A stretch of 51,160 nucleotides of DNA, taken from the NCBI GenBank assembly GCA_947165815.1, contig CAMVBZ010000003.1, positions 1 through 51,160 of the forward strand, read 5' to 3'. The DNA comes from an uncultured Clostridia bacterium. GTDB lineage: Bacteria > Bacillota > Clostridia > Christensenellales > CAG-917. How positions within the stretch are numbered: the stretch's first letter is position 1; the number at the start of each line of letters is the position of its first letter. A model generated the notes under the pieces. The model saw only the letters and a list, made by a program, of their open reading frames with translations, was not told where the DNA came from and made no database searches. A program made the position numbers and the translations under genes. This document shows, in pieces, positions 47,045-51,160 of this stretch.

Positions 47045-49306
47045 TTATGCAACATCTCCTGTTCTTACAACACGTACCTCATGTGTGGTATCGTTTATAT
47101 ATAAGTTATAAACACCAGTTTGAGAGAATGTTACAAGGTTAGAAGTTAATACTGATAAGTAAGATGTACTATCTGTTGCAATAGATAAATCATCAACAGT
47201 ATTATTCTTATTATCATAGAATGCATAATAATATGTTGCATCAGTAACAGTTAGATTTGAAATCATTGCTTCAGCAGTATTTCCTGGATTTGCTACAAAT
47301 GTCTTTGTTGCATGTGATGAAGATGAATCCATTACCATACCACCAACCATACTTACAGGTGTCTTATCTGTAACTATTACCTTCTTTGTGTTTGTATTAA
47401 GAACGATATCATATGTTCCTGCATTCAAGATCATTATTGTACCACTGCTTGCAATAGCAACTGATGAAGAAACAGAAGAATCTAATGTTACATCTGTCAT
47501 TACACTAGTTCCTTGTAGGAATGTGAAGCTTGTATAAGCAGATAATTCCAAATCACTTAATGTTACAAGTCCATTTGAATCAACTACTGCAGGATAAGTG
47601 TTTCCACCCGTCATATAAGAAATATCATCTGGTGTACTGCTTCCACCACCACTGCCAATTTCAATAATATACATATCAATACATGGATGATACATTATTG
47701 TATAAGTTGCTGCTTGTAATGTCTTAATATATCCATCATCTGTAATTTGAATATACTCTGCAAAGTTAGAAACACCATATACATCAGCAAGATGAAGTCC
47801 TTCAACATATGATGTTCCATCATAAATTCTTAATTCCATGTTTGCTGGAAGAGAACTTGTGAATGTATAAATATCATATCCGTTAGCAATTGCTGCAACA
47901 TTTGCCTCGGCATTAATTGTTGTTTCATGTGTTAGAACAAAAGCAATGTCTGTATATTCAGCAGAATCTTTAGCATATGTTGTTTTGTTCATAGGGGCTT
48001 TTTCAGACTCACCTTTTGCTTCTAATTCAAATGTTGTTGAGCTATTTGGAGCATAAATTGGATCTATTAAAATTTTGCTTGTAGCAGTATCAAATTCAAC
48101 ACCTAATCTAATAGATTCTGAAACAACCTTAATAGCTCCTTTTGTTCCTTCCATAAAGATAAATGACTTCCATAAATCTCCTGCATCTACAGCACTATAA
48201 CCATATACAATTTGGTTATCATGGTCTACGACTTCAAAATAATCATTTAATGAATATGTCAAATATCCATAGATATAATTTGTTTTTGGTGTGCCAAAAT
48301 CATATGTGATTTCATTCATTGGATACTCTACTACTGAACTATCAGATGCATATGTAACTCTTACTGTAAATCCATCATATTCAAATCCAGAAATAGATAC
48401 TGTTAATCCGTTTGGGGTACATACTACAGAAACAGTTGCACTCGTTACATCATTATGTACTTTGTTTTCTTCAGTAATATTAGTATTTGTATTTGGATAG
48501 AATGAATATGTTGTTGTATTGTCTGCTTTAGCAGCAATTGTGATAACATCATCTTTCTTTAATGAAATGCTATCTAATGACCATAAAATATGAGTATCAT
48601 CTTCTTCATCCTTTGTGAACTCTGCTCTTTCTGTTCCATTTACCATTAAAACGATCTCAGAGGATAACTTTGGAATTACTATTGTTGAAACTTCTTCTCT
48701 ATTAGAATCAAAGTATTTGTGACATCCACTACATTGATAATATGCAATGTTACCATCTGCAAGGAATGATGCAGGGACTGCATAATATAATGAACCAAAC
48801 GTATGTTCATGTGCTTTTTCTGCTAAAACAAATTCAGAGAAAGAAGATGTTTCAAAAGATAAAACTCCGTTAGCAATTGTTACATTAATTGTATCTACAG
48901 TTTCTCCATTAATATGGAATAATACATAGTCTTTAGTTGTATCTATGTTTAAGCTTGAAACTGGAACTTTAACAGTAACTCTTCCGCTTGGTTGAATTTT
49001 GCTTCCATCTTTTAAAATGGAAATATCTAATACATAAGTATTAGCTTCCTTGTTATAGTTTTGGTTTGTGAGTTTGTTTAATGCTGCACTCTTTTGTTGT
49101 GCATCTGTAATTAATGTACAAGTAAGAACTGCATCTGATGGGAACTCTACACCTTCTACTGTTGCGCCAGAATCTGCAATTAGTTTGTTTACATTTCCAC
49201 TAACTGGTGTATTGTCTCCACTGTTGTTTGTATCCTTATTGCTGTTACATGCAACTAATGCGAATAACATAAGAATAGAAATAACAACTATTAAAAACTT
49301 CTTCAT
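47045..49306 (-). CDS. Large multi-domain surface lipoprotein of unknown function
   Basis: MKK, a hydrophobic stretch and lipobox LVAC; S/T/Y/V-rich, beta-strand-like composition; GGAGG RBS. Confidence 0.85.
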   Translation of the reverse strand: MKKFLIVVISILMLFALVACNSNKDTNNSGDNTPVSGNVNKLIADSGATVEGVEFPSDAVLTCTLITDAQQKSAALNKLTNQNYNKEANTYVLDISILKDGSKIQPSGRVTVKVPVSSLNIDTTKDYVLFHINGETVDTINVTIANGVLSFETSSFSEFVLAEKAHEHTFGSLYYAVPASFLADGNIAYYQCSGCHKYFDSNREEVSTIVIPKLSSEIVLMVNGTERAEFTKDEEDDTHILWSLDSISLKKDDVITIAAKADNTTTYSFYPNTNTNITEENKVHNDVTSATVSVVCTPNGLTVSISGFEYDGFTVRVTYASDSSVVEYPMNEITYDFGTPKTNYIYGYLTYSLNDYFEVVDHDNQIVYGYSAVDAGDLWKSFIFMEGTKGAIKVVSESIRLGVEFDTATSKILIDPIYAPNSSTTFELEAKGESEKAPMNKTTYAKDSAEYTDIAFVLTHETTINAEANVAAIANGYDIYTFTSSLPANMELRIYDGTSYVEGLHLADVYGVSNFAEYIQITDDGYIKTLQAATYTIMYHPCIDMYIIEIGSGGGSSTPDDISYMTGGNTYPAVVDSNGLVTLSDLELSAYTSFTFLQGTSVMTDVTLDSSVSSSVAIASSGTIMILNAGTYDIVLNTNTKKVIVTDKTPVSMVGGMVMDSSSSHATKTFVANPGNTAEAMISNLTVTDATYYYAFYDNKNNTVDDLSIATDSTSYLSVLTSNLVTFSQTGVYNLYINDTTHEVRVVRTGDVA

Positions 49307-49377
49307 TTAAGAAACCTCCTAAACATTTCATTTTATTTAAATACCATTTTACTACTTATATAACGAATTACCAAACA

Positions 49378-49408
49378 AAAAATAAAAAATGCACTATAAA
49401 AGTGCATT
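49378..49408 (-). terminator. Terminator after the tandem GNAT gene
   Basis: AATGCACT-loop-AGTGCATT with T runs on the minus strand. Confidence 0.75.
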
Positions 49409-49421
49409 AATTATATTGTTT

Positions 49422-50306
49422 TTATAGGTCTTTCCTTACAACATAGAATGTATGACCTTTAGGGAAATTGTCTAACTTTTGAACAATTTCATAACCATTC
49501 TTCAAGAAGAAATTCAAATTCCAATCAAAAACTTCTTCTGCTACTACACTAGTTGCACCTTTTGCCTTGGCTTGCTTCTCAAAGTGTGCCAGTAGTTCAC
49601 TACCTAATCCTTTGTTTCTATATTCCTCTTCAGTCCATATTACCCAAATCCATGCAGTATCCCACTCTCCTACACCAGCCATTATTCCAGCTACCAATTT
49701 TCCATCTTTGTCTACAAACTTTCTATTGAGTTTTATGTAATCATGCTTTTTAGGAATCTTTGTTAAGCAGTATTCTTCTAATTTATCATCTACATATTCA
49801 CCTTGTTCTTCGGTTCCATCTTTAATCTCATAATCTATTGGTTTACATTCTCTAGATGGTACTTCTACATCTAATGGTTTATATAAACCATAATCTTCGT
49901 GTCCTTCTGGCCAATTTTTAATTGTTCCAAATAGTTTGTACCCATTTTTTTCATAGAATGGTCTTGCTTGGACATCTAGTGTTCCCAAAAAACACAAATA
50001 ACATCCTTTTTCTCTTCCAACATCCTCAACTGCTTTAATAAGATTGGAACCAATATCCTTACCACGATACTTTTCGTCAACCCAAAGGGTATCTACATAT
50101 AAAATTCCCCAGGCATAAATCTCACCTATGCATCCACCTCTCACATTGCCTTCTTTATCTACGGCTATTTTGGTAAAATCCTCATCATATTCTATATTTT
50201 CAAAATAACGAGGAACTATTTGAAAGTTGTATTCATGTGCAAGTTTTTCTATTTGCATAGAATCTTTTCTTGCACTTCTTCTTAATCTAAGTTCTTTTTT
50301 ATCCAT
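49422..50306 (-). CDS. Tandem (two-domain) GNAT acetyltransferase
   Basis: Two copies of the GNAT motifs: LWVDEKYRGKDIGS...FYEKNGY and IWTEEEYRNKGLGS...FFLKNGY. Confidence 0.88.
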   Translation of the reverse strand: MDKKELRLRRSARKDSMQIEKLAHEYNFQIVPRYFENIEYDEDFTKIAVDKEGNVRGGCIGEIYAWGILYVDTLWVDEKYRGKDIGSNLIKAVEDVGREKGCYLCFLGTLDVQARPFYEKNGYKLFGTIKNWPEGHEDYGLYKPLDVEVPSRECKPIDYEIKDGTEEQGEYVDDKLEEYCLTKIPKKHDYIKLNRKFVDKDGKLVAGIMAGVGEWDTAWIWVIWTEEEYRNKGLGSELLAHFEKQAKAKGATSVVAEEVFDWNLNFFLKNGYEIVQKLDNFPKGHTFYVVRKDL

Positions 50307-50323
50307 TATTATTTTTATCCTCT

Positions 50324-50797
50324 TTATATTATTTCTTCAAACCACTTTTTTAATTCTTCTTCTGTAATATTTGCTTTAAATCTCTTAGCAAATAATACTT
50401 TTGCCTTTGGTACTATACTTTGCATGTTCTTTGCTGCATCTGCAACTCCAGATCCACCGGACGTAGCAAAAGGTATAATTGTTTTACCATCAAAATCGTA
50501 TTGATCTAAGAATGTGTCTATAATTGAAGGCTCTCTGTACCACCAAATTGGGAATCCAATAAAAATATAATCATATTTCTTTATATCAGTCTTCTCTTTA
50601 ATTGCTGGTCTGCAAGATTTATCTTGCATTTCTATTGTGCTTCTAGAATTTTTGTCCATCCAATTCAAGTCTGCTTCTGTGTATAATTCCTTTGGAACTA
50701 TCTCAAATAAATCTCCTGAGGTGGCTTTAGCTAATCTTTCTGCAACACTTTTTGTAACTCCACTAGCACTAAAATATGCAACTAATATATCGCTCAT
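50324..50797 (-). CDS. Flavodoxin (Flavodoxin_4-like)
   Basis: LVAYFSASGVT, IGFPIWW and IPFATSGGSG motifs. Confidence 0.9.
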   Translation of the reverse strand: MSDILVAYFSASGVTKSVAERLAKATSGDLFEIVPKELYTEADLNWMDKNSRSTIEMQDKSCRPAIKEKTDIKKYDYIFIGFPIWWYREPSIIDTFLDQYDFDGKTIIPFATSGGSGVADAAKNMQSIVPKAKVLFAKRFKANITEEELKKWFEEII

Positions 50798-50810
50798 AAT
50801 TGTCTCCTTA

Positions 50811-51160
50811 TTATTTAGTAATTTTGTAGTATGTTAAATCTCTGTCCACTCCTAAATATTGTAACTCTTTTTCGTTAAAATGACTATATGTCATCCCACA
50901 TTTTTCCATAACATGTTTGGAAGCATAGTTTCCAGTAAAGAATGAAGCATAAACTGTTTCAAATCCTCTTTCTTCAAATAAATATTTGATAAACCTTTTT
51001 ACAGCTTCTGTAGCATAACCGTTTCCCCAATACCTAGAACCGATACAATATCCTATCTCACAAGAAGTTTCTTTCTCTTCACATGTTACTATTATTCCTA
51101 CTAGATTCCCGTTCTCTTTTAATCTAATAGCGAAAAGATCCTCTCTTCCTAAGTATTTAG
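50811..51160 (-). CDS. RimJ/RimL-type GNAT acetyltransferase (5' truncated by window)
   Basis: Not in the ORF track. The minus strand translates as ...FAIRLKENGNLVG...EIGYCIGSRYWGNGYATEA...NYASKHVMEKCGM...; stop TAA at 50811-50813. Confidence 0.88.
   Translation of the reverse strand, partial: KYLGREDLFAIRLKENGNLVGIIVTCEEKETSCEIGYCIGSRYWGNGYATEAVKRFIKYLFEERGFETVYASFFTGNYASKHVMEKCGMTYSHFNEKELQYLGVDRDLTYYKITK

Noticed and set aside
42473-51160. Accessory region as a prophage, ICE or defence island
   Set aside because: No integrase, transposase, phage or conjugation genes and no att-like repeats were seen. A lone toxin-antitoxin pair is not enough evidence.
1-51160. CRISPR arrays, tRNA/rRNA genes and a SAM riboswitch before metY
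   Set aside because: No regularly spaced repeats or structural RNA signatures were seen in the short intergenic regions. The metY leader is only about 40 nt.

Overview
AT-rich chromosomal window, most likely from a Clostridia-like Firmicute (inferred from gene order and protein styles). Every gene from 1 to about 21.0 kb is on the + strand: rarA(partial)-ruvX-DUF1292, rpsB-tsf, pyrH, a membrane protein, frr-uppS-cdsA-dxr-rseP-ispG, a truncated polC-like gene, rimP-nusA-ylxR-L7Ae-infB-rbfA-nrnA-truB-ribF and an endonuclease IV-like gene. Every gene from about 21.2 kb to the end is on the - strand: GNATs, flavodoxin, a large lipoprotein, a Phd/PIN toxin-antitoxin pair, an FAD oxidoreductase, an XRE-citrate synthase fusion, an Rrf2 regulator with metY-cysK-iscS-iscU, and pheST-mutS2-desulfurase-thiI-miaB-mutSL-miaA-ynbB. 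The most notable observations are: (1) a 534-aa PolC derivative at the polC locus that keeps an N-terminal region, the OB fold and the DEDDh exonuclease but has no PHP or polymerase domains; (2) an XRE helix-turn-helix fused to a citrate synthase with intact catalytic motifs, with candidate operators upstream; (3) a symmetric 11-6-11 dif-like site at the strand-convergence point, next to a CpG-enriched patch; (4) a MutS2 lacking the Smr domain. I saw no CRISPR array, tRNA, rRNA or IS element. All calls come from reading motifs by eye; no database searches were run.
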